Shown: positions 1 to 9,401 of the stretch, piece by piece
Layout of the letters: each line of letters opens with the position of its first letter
Position numbering within the stretch: the first letter of the stretch is position 1
Origin: Rikenellaceae bacterium
GTDB taxonomy: Bacteria; Bacteroidota; Bacteroidia; Bacteroidales; Rikenellaceae
Assembly (NCBI GenBank): GCA_047173405.1
Contig: JBCQVD010000001.1
Coordinates: 1 to 63,693, forward strand
Direction: 5' to 3'
Length of the DNA: 63,693 nucleotides
The notes under the pieces: generated by a model
What the model was told of the DNA's origin: nothing
What the model saw: the letters and a program-made list of their open reading frames with translations, nothing else
Database searches by the model: none
Position numbers and translations under genes: made by a program

Positions 1-148
1 ATCGGCTTTAAAAAGCCGATGTATATTCGATAAACCCCTCTTGCATCTCCCCAAACCGTTTGGGGAGACTTACTTTTAGAGGTGTTTTGGATAAGAATTT
101 CTTATCCAAAACTCACGTTAATATAACGTAATTATTAGAAACTGTTTC

Positions 149-1546
149 TTAGTATCCTAGTATTCTAAGCATCGAGCGATACGACTGCTCTTTGGCGAAT
201 AGTCGAGTGAAGTACTCGGTGGTCTCGCCTTTATCGCGATCAATGATGATATGTTTAGGGGCGGGAATGAGGCAGTGCTGGACACCTCCAAAGCCACCGA
301 TACTCTCCTGGTAGGCTCCCGTATGGAAAAAACCAACATATTGAGGGTTCTCCTGCTCTAGTTTGGGCAGGAAGATAGCGTTGGTATGCATCTCGGCATT
401 GTAGAAATCTTCGCTATCGCAGGTTAGTCCACCGAGGAAAACACGTTGGTACTCCTTGTCCCAGTTGTTGATGGCGAGCATGATGTAGCGTTGATTGATA
501 CCCCATGTGTCGGGTAGTGTAGTGATGAAGGATGAATCTATCATATACCAAAACTCGCGGTCGTTCTGCTGCTTCTGGTTGATGATAGAGTAGAGTGACG
601 CGCCACTCTCACCCACGGTGAATGATCCAAACTCAGTGAAGATGTGTGGCTCATCAATGCCGTACTGCTCACAGATAGTTTTAATCTGGGCGATGATCTC
701 CTCGGTCATATACTCGTAGTCGTACTCGAAATTGAGGCTGTTCTTAAAGGGAAAGCCTCCTCCGATATTAAGGCTATCAAGCTCGGGGCATATCGCTTTT
801 AGCTCGGCGTAGATGTTGAGACACTTAGATAACTCATTCCAGTAGTATGCTGTGTCCTTAATTCCTGTGTTGATAAAGAAGTGGAGCATCTTGAGCTGAA
901 ACTTCTTATTTTTCTTGATTTTGCTCTTGTAAAAGTCGATAATCTCGTTGTAACGAATACCTAGGCGCGAGGTGTAGAAGTCGAACTTTGGACCCTCCTC
1001 AGAGGCGATACGAATACCGACCTTGCAAGGCTTATCTATCGCAGCATCAAAGAGATCAATCTCCTCCTTGTTGTCAATTACGGGGACAGTGTTTATAAAC
1101 CCATCTTTGATTAGTTGGGCGATATTCTCGACATATTGAGGGCGCTTAAAGCCGTTGCAAATAATATAGCGATCCTTGTCGAAGATACCCCCATCGAATA
1201 GCGCCTTGATGATATGGATATCGTACGCCGAAGATGTCTCGAGGTGAATATCATTCTTGAGTGCCTCCTCCATAACGAATGCGAAGTGGCTCGATTTTGA
1301 GCAGTAACAGTAGTTGTAAGTGCCCTTATAATCGACCTTAGCCATGGCGACATTGAACATGCGCTTGGCGCGGTTGATCTGCGATGAGATCTTGGGAAGA
1401 TAGGTTATTTTGAGGGGTGTACCATACTGTTTGATGATATCCATTAGGGGGATATCATGGAAGTTAAGTTGGTTGTCCTCGACAGAAAACTCATCTTGTG
1501 GAAAGTCAAACGTCTGCTCGATAAGGTCGATATATTTATTCTTCAT
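149..1546 (-). CDS. speA: Arginine decarboxylase (Bacteroidota short type, PLP-dependent Orn/Lys/Arg decarboxylase family)
   Basis: Start taken at MKNKYIDLIEQTF (ORF track extends to 1582); motifs YCYCSKSSH, LNIGGG, TEFG, GGLTCDSED, TGAYQE. Confidence 0.88.
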   Translation of the reverse strand: MKNKYIDLIEQTFDFPQDEFSVEDNQLNFHDIPLMDIIKQYGTPLKITYLPKISSQINRAKRMFNVAMAKVDYKGTYNYCYCSKSSHFAFVMEEALKNDIHLETSSAYDIHIIKALFDGGIFDKDRYIICNGFKRPQYVENIAQLIKDGFINTVPVIDNKEEIDLFDAAIDKPCKVGIRIASEEGPKFDFYTSRLGIRYNEIIDFYKSKIKKNKKFQLKMLHFFINTGIKDTAYYWNELSKCLNIYAELKAICPELDSLNIGGGFPFKNSLNFEYDYEYMTEEIIAQIKTICEQYGIDEPHIFTEFGSFTVGESGASLYSIINQKQQNDREFWYMIDSSFITTLPDTWGINQRYIMLAINNWDKEYQRVFLGGLTCDSEDFYNAEMHTNAIFLPKLEQENPQYVGFFHTGAYQESIGGFGGVQHCLIPAPKHIIIDRDKGETTEYFTRLFAKEQSYRSMLRILGY

Positions 1547-1777
1547 CGTGTAAAATTGAATTTCTTTATATATCCAACTCAATTACATTGTGTTGTCTCG
1601 GGCAATCTGCGTGAGTTGGATTGTCTAATCTATGGTGCAAATGTATTGATTTATTTTCAAAATTCATAAAGATAAAGTCCTTAAACTTATATTAAAAAGG
1701 TAAAAATAGTGCTCGCATATTTTATTTTAGCGACTTTTTTTGTATTTTTGACCACAAAACCAAATGTACATAACATC

Positions 1778-2587
1778 GTGCTAAAACAAATTATAACTCA
1801 ATATCTACACACTTCGCGTCGCTTGGTCATCCCTGGGCTTGGAGCCTTTATCGTTAAGGGTGAGGGTGGCGTGATTCTCTTTTCGGAGTTGCTTAAGAGT
1901 GACGATGGGATTCTTCGTGGTTTGTTGATAGCCAACGGTCTTAGGGATATAGAGGCGGCGGCGCTTATTGACCGTTTTATTTTTGAGCTTAAGCACTCTC
2001 TCGGTGAGCGGGACGGGGTGTACATAATTGAAGGGTTGGGTCTCTTTGAACGTAGCGAGGAGGGCAAGTTGCGCTTTATTCACAATGAGGAGGTTGGCGT
2101 CGAAGTATCGCAGGTTGAAGAGAGTGAGAGCGAGGTGGAGAATAGCGAGGACGAAGATGAGGCGGAGGCTTCAGAAGTTGAAGCAGTTGACAAGATTGAG
2201 GAGGCTGAAACTAAAGCTGAGAAGCCAGGCGAGCCAGAGGACGCAGTTGAGGAGGGTCTCCCCAATCAGGAACCGATATCGGCTGAGAGCTATCGTGCGC
2301 AGAGGATAAAGGAGCTATACGCGTCATCCTCGAAACCCACTTTCTTGAGTGAGGTTGACCCGACGCTCAAGGGGCTTGAGTATGGAAAGGGCAAAGCGGC
2401 AAAGAGAGGCGTTAAGTATGTCCCTAAGCGCGAGAAGAGGGTTGACTTCGTTATGCTTGCTGCGATTATAGCGGCTGTTGTAGCTATCTGCGTTGTAGGG
2501 TATGGTTACAATGTGAGTTTCATGGCGGAGCACGGTATCTCGGTTATAGATTATCTCATGGAGTTGATATTCGGAACCCAAGTATAG
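1778..2587 (+). CDS. HU-like (CCDC81-type) domain protein with acidic linker and C-terminal TM helix
   Basis: N-terminal LVIPGLGAF and IEGLGLF motifs; E-rich linker; hydrophobic C-terminal segment; GTG 1778 lies downstream of TATTTTTG at 1743. Confidence 0.6.
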   Translation: MLKQIITQYLHTSRRLVIPGLGAFIVKGEGGVILFSELLKSDDGILRGLLIANGLRDIEAAALIDRFIFELKHSLGERDGVYIIEGLGLFERSEEGKLRFIHNEEVGVEVSQVEESESEVENSEDEDEAEASEVEAVDKIEEAETKAEKPGEPEDAVEEGLPNQEPISAESYRAQRIKELYASSSKPTFLSEVDPTLKGLEYGKGKAAKRGVKYVPKREKRVDFVMLAAIIAAVVAICVVGYGYNVSFMAEHGISVIDYLMELIFGTQV

Positions 2588-2599
2588 ATAAATTTAAGT

Positions 2600-3817
2600 A
2601 TGGAGTTAAATAGTGTTAAGCAACGTTTCGGTATTATTGGTAACTCGACGCAACTAAATCGTGCGTTGGAGGTTGCTGTGCGTGTAGCCACGACCGATCT
2701 AACGGTGCTTATAACTGGTGAGAGTGGAGTGGGTAAGGAGTTTTTCCCACAGGTGATACATGCCCACTCATCGCGTAAGCACAATAAATATATCGCTGTC
2801 AACTGTGGCGCGATACCCGAAGGAACTATTGACTCGGAGCTTTTTGGGCACGAGAAGGGTGCCTTTACGGGGGCTATAGATGCGCGCAAGGGTTACTTCG
2901 AGGAGGCGGATGGAGGTACTATATTCCTTGACGAGGTGGCAGAGCTGCCTCTCTCGACGCAGGTTCGATTGCTGAGAATACTACAAACGGGAGAGTTCCT
3001 GAGGGTTGGCTCGGCGAAGGTGCAGCGAACCAACGTGAGGGTGGTTGCGGCGACCAACATAAACCTTCAAAAGGCCATTGACGAGGGGCGCTTCCGTGAG
3101 GATCTGTTCTATCGTCTCAGCACGGTGCCTATTGTGGTGCCTGCGCTCAGAGAGCGACGCGAAGATATATACCTGCTATTTCGAAAATTCGCATCCGATG
3201 TAGCAACGCAATACCGCATGCCTGCAATATCACTCGATGGTGAGGCACGAAAAATGGTAGAGAATTACTACTGGAGGGGTAATATACGCCAACTTAAGAA
3301 TGTAGCAGAGCAGATATCGGCAGTTGAGACTCAGAGGGTTATCACCGCCGAGATAATGGTTCACTACCTGCCCGATTATGGTAATAGCGGGGAGGGTGTT
3401 GTGCCTCTTAGATCTGCCTCGTCAGCCTCCGCGATGGGTGATAACACCGAGCGCGAGCTGCTCTACAAAGTGTTATTCGACATGAGGGGCGATATAAACG
3501 AGCTACGACGAATGATGATGGAGATTCTGCATAAGGGGGCTTCGTCGCCTGTCGCATCTACGATGTACGACGCAGGACACATCGCAGGGTTGTTACCTTC
3601 GGTGAGTGAGCCGCAAGCTGCCGAGGAGCTATACGCCGAGAGCGAAGTGGTGAGCGAGGAGCCGCGCGAACTAACTAAGGCGGATATGCAGCGCGAGCAG
3701 ATAACGCGGGCGCTAAGACGTCACGGTGGACGTCGACGCGAAGCGGCAGCCGAACTATTTATGTCCGAGAGGACACTATACCGTAAGATTAAAGAGTTAG
3801 GTATAGAGGATATATAA
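2600..3817 (+). CDS. Sigma-54-dependent Fis-family transcriptional regulator
   Basis: GESGVGKE Walker A, ELFGHEKGAFTGA, FLDEV, FREDLFYRL, C-terminal HTH (SERTLYRKIKE); no receiver domain. Confidence 0.92.
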   Translation: MELNSVKQRFGIIGNSTQLNRALEVAVRVATTDLTVLITGESGVGKEFFPQVIHAHSSRKHNKYIAVNCGAIPEGTIDSELFGHEKGAFTGAIDARKGYFEEADGGTIFLDEVAELPLSTQVRLLRILQTGEFLRVGSAKVQRTNVRVVAATNINLQKAIDEGRFREDLFYRLSTVPIVVPALRERREDIYLLFRKFASDVATQYRMPAISLDGEARKMVENYYWRGNIRQLKNVAEQISAVETQRVITAEIMVHYLPDYGNSGEGVVPLRSASSASAMGDNTERELLYKVLFDMRGDINELRRMMMEILHKGASSPVASTMYDAGHIAGLLPSVSEPQAAEELYAESEVVSEEPRELTKADMQREQITRALRRHGGRRREAAAELFMSERTLYRKIKELGIEDI

Positions 3818-3839
3818 TTTTAGAAAATTAAGAATTGAA

Positions 3840-4367
3840 TTGAACGTGAAGAAGATACTATCATTAATATTACTCTGTAGCACAATGCTGCTTAGTGGGT
3901 GTGGCTTCTCGGTGAAGTACTCCTTCTCGGGTGCATCTATACCCACCGACGCAAAGACCTACTCGGTGGCTTACTTCCCCAATAATGCGACGATGGTCGC
4001 GACGATCCTTAGCTCCACATTTACCGAGGCGCTGAAAGATGCGTTCTCGCGCAAGACGAGGCTCAGCGAGGTGGACAGCGGGGGCGATTTTGCTTTTGAG
4101 GGCGAGATCACAAACTATACCTCGACGACCTCTTCGGTGGCGGCAGGTGCAGAGAATGACTATGGTACACTTAACCGTTTGACCATAACCGTGAGGGTGA
4201 GATTTACAAACGCAATAGATGAAGCGGGTTCATTTAACAAGAGCTTCTCGGCATTTTCGGATTACGACTCATCGAGTCTGCTAACGGAGGTTGAGGGTGA
4301 GTTGATACCCGAGATTGTCAGCGATATTGTTGATGACATATTCCAGGCAGCAGCCTCTAATTGGTAA
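3840..4367 (+). CDS. lptE: LptE-family LPS assembly lipoprotein
   Basis: Lipobox LLSGC, YSFSGASI motif, C-terminal ...ASNW; usual Bacteroidota position after the sigma-54 regulator. Confidence 0.8.
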   Translation: MNVKKILSLILLCSTMLLSGCGFSVKYSFSGASIPTDAKTYSVAYFPNNATMVATILSSTFTEALKDAFSRKTRLSEVDSGGDFAFEGEITNYTSTTSSVAAGAENDYGTLNRLTITVRVRFTNAIDEAGSFNKSFSAFSDYDSSSLLTEVEGELIPEIVSDIVDDIFQAAASNW

Positions 4368-4370
4368 GTT

Positions 4371-4826
4371 ATGAATACACACTCAACCCTAGAAAAATAC
4401 CCGTGGTACATACCCGCAGCGATCGCAGCGTGGCGTGAGGGGGAGCGTGTTGTTGAGCCAATGGCGCGATTATATATTGAGAATCGAGCGATGGTGGTTT
4501 CGCCACCTGAGAGTGTGGACCTTGACACATCTTCATTTAAAGGCTCCGCCATTGACAACGTAATAGATACATTCCTGAGTTACGAGAATCTTAGAATTGT
4601 CGCCGAGGAGGGTGATGTCGATGGTAATGAGGTGAGTGTAGATGCCGAATTTGATGATATTGACGACCTTGTAACAGAGGAGTTAGCAGAAATTTACCAT
4701 AATCAAGGGCTACATCTCGAAGCAATAGCGATTTATACCAAATTAAGTTTGCTAAATTCAGAAAAAAGTGTTTACTTTGCCGAGCTAATTAGCTCCATAG
4801 AGAAAATCAACTCTCAAGGGCAGTAG
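4371..4826 (+). CDS. Hypothetical protein with C-terminal TPR-like motif
   Basis: VTEELAEIYHNQG...AIAIYTKLSLLNSEKSVYFA motif, typical of the gene between lptE and secG. Confidence 0.65.
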   Translation: MNTHSTLEKYPWYIPAAIAAWREGERVVEPMARLYIENRAMVVSPPESVDLDTSSFKGSAIDNVIDTFLSYENLRIVAEEGDVDGNEVSVDAEFDDIDDLVTEELAEIYHNQGLHLEAIAIYTKLSLLNSEKSVYFAELISSIEKINSQGQ

Positions 4827-5029
4827 ATTACTGGCCTCCAAGGGGGACGCAAACGAGGGGCTGAGGTGCAAAGTAGAGGGGTGAGTTTCGAGTAGAGTGG
4901 GTGAATGGTGTGAGAGTCAAAGTAACGACGAGGGGGGTGAGTAAGAATAAAGAGGGGGAGAGTTTAGGTTATGTGATTTTACGGTAACTCTGAACAAAAA
5001 ACGAGAATAAATAATTAAATTAAGATAAT

Positions 5030-5380
5030 ATGTTATATACAATTTGTATCGCTTTGATCCTTATCGCAAGTGTTCTTGTGATCTTGGCAGTATTGGTTCA
5101 GAGTCCTAAAAGCGGCATGGCTGCAAACTTCGGTGCATCAAATCAGGTGATGGGTGTACGTCAAACTTCAGATTTCCTTGAGAAATTCACATGGGCTATG
5201 GCTATCGCCATTCTCGGCATTAGCCTTCTTGCAACTGTTGTAATGGATAGTTCACTTGTTGACAAGAGCAACTCGGGACTTAGCCGCGACGCTCAAAAGC
5301 TTATCGAGATGCAAAGTGAGCAGGCTCCAATGGTTCCTCAAGCCGAAGTGCCAGCAGTTGAGCCTCAAGTAGAGGAGTAA
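5030..5380 (+). CDS. secG: Preprotein translocase subunit SecG
   Basis: Two TM helices; VLVQSPKSGMAANFG and DFLEKFTW motifs. Confidence 0.93.
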   Translation: MLYTICIALILIASVLVILAVLVQSPKSGMAANFGASNQVMGVRQTSDFLEKFTWAMAIAILGISLLATVVMDSSLVDKSNSGLSRDAQKLIEMQSEQAPMVPQAEVPAVEPQVEE

Positions 5381-5433
5381 TACGAACTCATGTAGGCTAT
5401 ACCAAAATAGTTATACAAAGAGCCAAAGGTTAT

Positions 5434-5469
5434 ATAACTACGATCAATAGAGATCGTAGTTATTTTTTT
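5434..5469 (+). terminator. Intrinsic terminator after secG
   Basis: ataactacgatc/gatcgtagttat stem followed by T run. Confidence 0.8.
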
Positions 5470-5560
5470 GTTAAAAAATTCGCAAATTAATAGTGTAATT
5501 ACGAAAATAATTATTAACTTCGAATTGTGAACCATAAATAAACCTTAAAACTCATAAGTT

Positions 5561-5791
5561 ATGACTATTACATTCAACGAACTGCGCCGTATTAAGGACA
5601 GACTACCAAGTGGTAGCATGCAGAGAATTGCAGACCAACTATCAATTGATGCTGATGTTGTTAGATGCTATTTTGGTGGAAAACATAACGCCTCAGCAGG
5701 TGTTCACTTCGAACAAGGTCCAGATGGGGGAGTGGTTACACTCGATGACAGTACTATTTTGAATGCAGCGATGCAGATTATCGAAAGTTAG
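5561..5791 (+). CDS. Small conserved putative DNA-binding protein
   Basis: ITFNELRRIKDRLPSGSMQRIADQL HTH-like N-terminus; GVHFEQGPDGG motif; own terminator. Confidence 0.7.
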   Translation: MTITFNELRRIKDRLPSGSMQRIADQLSIDADVVRCYFGGKHNASAGVHFEQGPDGGVVTLDDSTILNAAMQIIES

Positions 5792-5802
5792 TTTTTTAGT
5801 TC

Positions 5803-5865
5803 AGGATCGGCATTTTAAGTAGGGTAAGACATTGTCTTACCCTACTTAAATGTTGATCCTTTTTT
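5803..5865 (+). terminator. Long hairpin terminator
   Basis: aggatc...ttaagtagggtaagac/gtcttaccctacttaa...gatcct plus T run. Confidence 0.75.
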
Positions 5866-5905
5866 ATGGTACGAGAGGTTTTGTTTCCTCTCAAATGATA
5901 TTTTT

Positions 5906-7123
5906 ATGAGCAGTAATTTAGTCGAGATTATTCAGATCAACATCTCAGGTGAGGACAAACCAGGGATGACCTCCTCGTTAACGAGCATACTCGCTCGCTA
6001 CGACGCCTTTATCCTCGATATTGGACAGGCCAACATTCACCACTCTTTAGCGTTGGGTATCCTCTTTAAGACAACCCCCGAGAAGTCGGGCTTTATCATC
6101 AAAGAGCTACTCTTCAAGGCTTCAGAGATAGGTGTCAACCTAAAATTCTTCCCCGTCTCGGAGGAGCAGTACGAGGATTGGGTTAGGCGACAGGGCAAGA
6201 ACCGATATATCGTAACACTACTAGGTCGTCAGATCACAGCGTCGCACATCGCTAAGATAACCGATGCGGTGGCAGAGCAGGGGCTTAATATTGACGATAT
6301 AAAGCGTCTAACAGGTCGTATGCCGCTGGACGAGTCTGCACGTTCGCCTAAGTCGTGTATCGAGCTATCTGTCCGCGGAACGATGCGTGACAGGAGCCGT
6401 ATGCAGGAGCAGTTTATCGAGCTATCAAATTCAGGCGTTGACGTATCGCTGCAAGAGGATAACTACTTCCGTCGTTGCCGTCGTCTAATATGCTTTGATA
6501 TGGACTCCACGCTTATCGAGACCGAGGTTATTGATGAACTCGCCGAGAGGGCGGGTGTTGGAGTCGAAGTGCGCGCCATTACCGAGCAGGCAATGAGGGG
6601 CGAGATAGACTTCAGGGAGAGCTTCACGCGTCGTGTGGCGATGCTTGAGGGGCTGGATGTTGATGTAATGGAGGAGATAGCTCAAAACCTACCAATAACC
6701 GAGGGTCTGGAACGAATGATGCTCGTGCTTAAGCGTGTAGGTTTCAAAACAGCAATATTATCGGGAGGTTTCACATACTTCGGTAACCACCTGCGCAAGA
6801 AGTATGGTTTCGACTACGTATACGCTAATGAGTTAGAGATTGTCGACGGAAAGCTCACTGGACGTTATATTGGACAGGTTGTCGATGGACAGCGCAAAGC
6901 GGAGCTACTCCAGCTATTGTGTCAATTTGAACAGATTGATATTGCTCAATCTATCGCTGTGGGTGATGGAGCCAATGACCTTCCGATGCTCAACCTCGCA
7001 GGTCTCGGTATTGCATTCCACGCCAAACCAAAGGTCAAAGCAACAGCAAAACAGTCTATATCGACTATAGGTCTCGATGGTATTCTCTACTTCCTCGGAC
7101 TTAAAGATTCATGGGTAGATTAA
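5906..7123 (+). CDS. serB: Phosphoserine phosphatase SerB (2 ACT domains + HAD)
   Basis: FDMDSTLI, ILSGGF and VGDGANDL HAD motifs; N-terminal ACT domains. Confidence 0.95.
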   Translation: MSSNLVEIIQINISGEDKPGMTSSLTSILARYDAFILDIGQANIHHSLALGILFKTTPEKSGFIIKELLFKASEIGVNLKFFPVSEEQYEDWVRRQGKNRYIVTLLGRQITASHIAKITDAVAEQGLNIDDIKRLTGRMPLDESARSPKSCIELSVRGTMRDRSRMQEQFIELSNSGVDVSLQEDNYFRRCRRLICFDMDSTLIETEVIDELAERAGVGVEVRAITEQAMRGEIDFRESFTRRVAMLEGLDVDVMEEIAQNLPITEGLERMMLVLKRVGFKTAILSGGFTYFGNHLRKKYGFDYVYANELEIVDGKLTGRYIGQVVDGQRKAELLQLLCQFEQIDIAQSIAVGDGANDLPMLNLAGLGIAFHAKPKVKATAKQSISTIGLDGILYFLGLKDSWVD

Positions 7124-7914
7124 CGCAACAACTTCTTATTCTTGTCGCTCTTTCGGCTGCAATATCGAGTTGTTACGACTCCTTTGATGATAGCGCTCTC
7201 AACTCCCAAGATCAAACAACCGATCTAGTGGCAAACACAACAATAGAGAGTCTACACTCTACACTTGTGTCGGAGCGCTTTGATATCATGGACGACGTAA
7301 TTGTCGAAGGTGTCGTTACAGCAAATGACGAGAGTGGGAATATCTATAAGTCATTCTTTATGGAGAGTGACGGCTACGCCTTAGAGGTTCTTGAGGGGCA
7401 GTACGATCTTCATGTCGCACGTCCTGTGGGGCAGCGTGTGGTGCTAAAGCTCGAAGGTTTGAGCCTTGCGCGCTATAATAGTGTTGTGAGGGTGGGGCTT
7501 AAGGCTCCCGATTATAGCTACTATACATTGGACTATCTGGAGGTGCAGGCGCTCATAGATCTGCACATCTTTAACTGCGGCTCTACAACAGAAGTTGAGG
7601 CTCGAAGTGTTTCGATTGGGGAGCTAACCGCCGATATGTGTGGTAGCCTTGTCGAGATCGAGGGGTTAATACATACGCCTGCGGTGGATGATACGCAGCC
7701 ATATCTATGGGAGGGCTATGAGTGTTTCGAGGCAGACGGCGGCGCGAGGATATGGTGTAACACCTCGTCGTACGCGAACTTCGCCTCCGTGACCATACCG
7801 AGTGAGAGAGTTTTAATTCGTGGAATCTTGAAACAAGAGAGTGGCATACCCTCTGTTTCGGGTGAACAGTATATTGTAGTTATGCGCGATGTTGAGGATT
7901 GTATTATTTTGTAG
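7111..7914 (+). CDS. DUF5689-like lipoprotein
   Basis: Lipobox ISSC; IVEGVVTANDESGNIYKSFF and TSSYANFA motifs. Confidence 0.7.
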   Translation: MGRLTQQLLILVALSAAISSCYDSFDDSALNSQDQTTDLVANTTIESLHSTLVSERFDIMDDVIVEGVVTANDESGNIYKSFFMESDGYALEVLEGQYDLHVARPVGQRVVLKLEGLSLARYNSVVRVGLKAPDYSYYTLDYLEVQALIDLHIFNCGSTTEVEARSVSIGELTADMCGSLVEIEGLIHTPAVDDTQPYLWEGYECFEADGGARIWCNTSSYANFASVTIPSERVLIRGILKQESGIPSVSGEQYIVVMRDVEDCIIL

Positions 7915-8698
7915 TATCGTCGGTGCGCTGTTGTGTGGAGCGTGCTCCCCAACAAATACCCTTCCTTCGGAGTACGACGATAGTGAAGCGTCGCAGGATC
8001 TCTATATCGACCCATCGAGTGAGCAGAGCATATCAATAAAGGAGCTACGCGGATACTACACTGGTCAAACAACACTTCTCACCGACGATATCGTGATTGA
8101 TGGCGTTGTGATGGTAAACGATGCCTTTGGTGAGCTATACAAATCGTTTATTATCGAGGATGGCACGGCCGCCGTAAAGATAATGTGCGATATATCAAAT
8201 GTATATGATCGCTTTAGTGTTGGTAGCCAAGTGAGCGTCAGGTGCTCTTCGCTGTGGTTAGGGGCAAGTGGAGCCTCTATACATCTGGGCTATAAGCCGA
8301 CATCAGTCTATGCTGTAGACTATATCGACGAGGAGGATGTTGATATATACATTACAGTCACATCGACGGAACTTATCTACCCATCACTTCCCGTGGTTAC
8401 AATTTCAGAGTTGAGCGACGAGATGTCTCTTCGCTCAGTTGTCTTTAATAACATGACCTTCGCCAGTGCTTCGAGTGTGACCCATTACGTTATGTCGGAT
8501 GAATCGACCTCCGAGTCCGTGGCTACCTATCATACTCTTAGCGACCCCGAGGGCAACGAGATTGAACTCTACGTCTCGCCTTATGTGAGCTATGCCTCGC
8601 AGAGAGTCCCCTCGGGCGAAGTCTCTCTGGGTGTTGTCGTGGAGCGCTATGGTAGCGACTACTCTCTGATGATCGTCAACGCCTCGGTCAAGGAGTAG
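7889..8698 (+). CDS. DUF5689-like lipoprotein (paralog of upstream gene)
   Basis: Lipobox CGAC; IVIDGVVMVNDAFGELYKSFIIEDGT aligns with the upstream paralog. Confidence 0.7.
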   Translation: MLRIVLFCSIVGALLCGACSPTNTLPSEYDDSEASQDLYIDPSSEQSISIKELRGYYTGQTTLLTDDIVIDGVVMVNDAFGELYKSFIIEDGTAAVKIMCDISNVYDRFSVGSQVSVRCSSLWLGASGASIHLGYKPTSVYAVDYIDEEDVDIYITVTSTELIYPSLPVVTISELSDEMSLRSVVFNNMTFASASSVTHYVMSDESTSESVATYHTLSDPEGNEIELYVSPYVSYASQRVPSGEVSLGVVVERYGSDYSLMIVNASVKE

Positions 8699-8770
8699 CC
8701 TACACGCGCGAAATAAGTCCTCCCATTTACTATCAAAGCTCCGCGCAAAGCCCCCACCCATTTATTATCA

Positions 8771-8980
8771 TAGCTCCGCGGGGAGCACCCCGCCGCCGCC
8801 CGCGCAGGGCAGTTGTATATCTTTTCAAACGTGTTCTCGCCCTCTCTCATAAAAAGCGATTTTTGCACTTGCGCGAAAATCGCTCAGAGGGCGTTGGTTC
8901 GTCAGAACCAAAATTTATGTTGATTGTATTGCTCCTTACTGTCCTGCGCGGACAGCGGCGGGGTGCTCCCCGCGGAGCCT
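8771..8980. repeat. REPIN/MITE-like element: two inverted REP-like units around a hairpin-rich spacer
   Basis: tagctccgcggggagcaccccgccgccgcccgcgcagggcag ... ctgtcctgcgcggacagcggcggggtgctccccgcggagcc; inverted homolog at 26961-27176. Confidence 0.88.
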
Positions 8981-8991
8981 TTCTTTTATAG

Positions 8992-9111
8992 CGATTTGGT
9001 TTAAGAACTATGTTCTACAATAAAAAGTGTCAGATGATTATCTCAAATAAATTTGGATAACCATCTAACACTTTTCATCTTATAAACACTGAAGTGTTTA
9101 AAACCAAACCG
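8992..9111. repeat. ~120-nt four-way-junction module, copy 1
   Basis: Closing stem tttggttt/aaaccaaa, two short side hairpins, long central stem with apex caaataaatttg. Confidence 0.7.
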
Positions 9112-9123
9112 TAGTAATCGTTC

Positions 9124-9168
9124 AGTGTTTAATGTTAAGCGTTAAATGTTAAGCGTTAAATGTTAAGA
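9124..9168. repeat. Heptamer tandem array (aatgtta/agcgtta type)
   Basis: gtgtttaatgttaagcgttaaatgttaagcgttaaatgttaag. Confidence 0.8.
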
Positions 9169-9182
9169 AGCAAGCGCTACAA

Positions 9183-9285
9183 TAGTAAATGGGAGCTTGC
9201 TCCCCGCCCGTCGGCGTGAGACAGTAAGAGACAATATAAAGAGTAGCTCTGCAGGGAGCACCCTGCCGCTGTCCGCGCAGGACAG
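9183..9285 (+). repeat. Two further REP-like units (variant B then variant A)
   Basis: aaatgggagcttgctccccgcccgtcggcgtgagacag (inverted copy at 38444-38489) and tagctctgcagggagcaccctgccgctgtccgcgcaggacag. Confidence 0.85.
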
Positions 9286-9340
9286 TCCTCTGTAATATAG
9301 ATGCAATATAAACGGAGAGTACTCCGCTAACCGCTAAACA

Positions 9341-9380
9341 CAAAAGATAGCCATCTCTATCTATAAAGGATGGCTATCTA
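9341..9380 (-). terminator. Terminator after DksA-family gene
   Basis: agatagccatc/gatggctatct stem with short T tract on the minus strand. Confidence 0.65.
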
Positions 9381-9401
9381 ATTTTGTATGTATCTACCGA
9401 G

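Noticed and set aside
8771-9285. CRISPR array
   Set aside because: Repeats are inverted or dispersed and irregularly spaced, there are no unique equal-length spacers, and no cas genes are in the window
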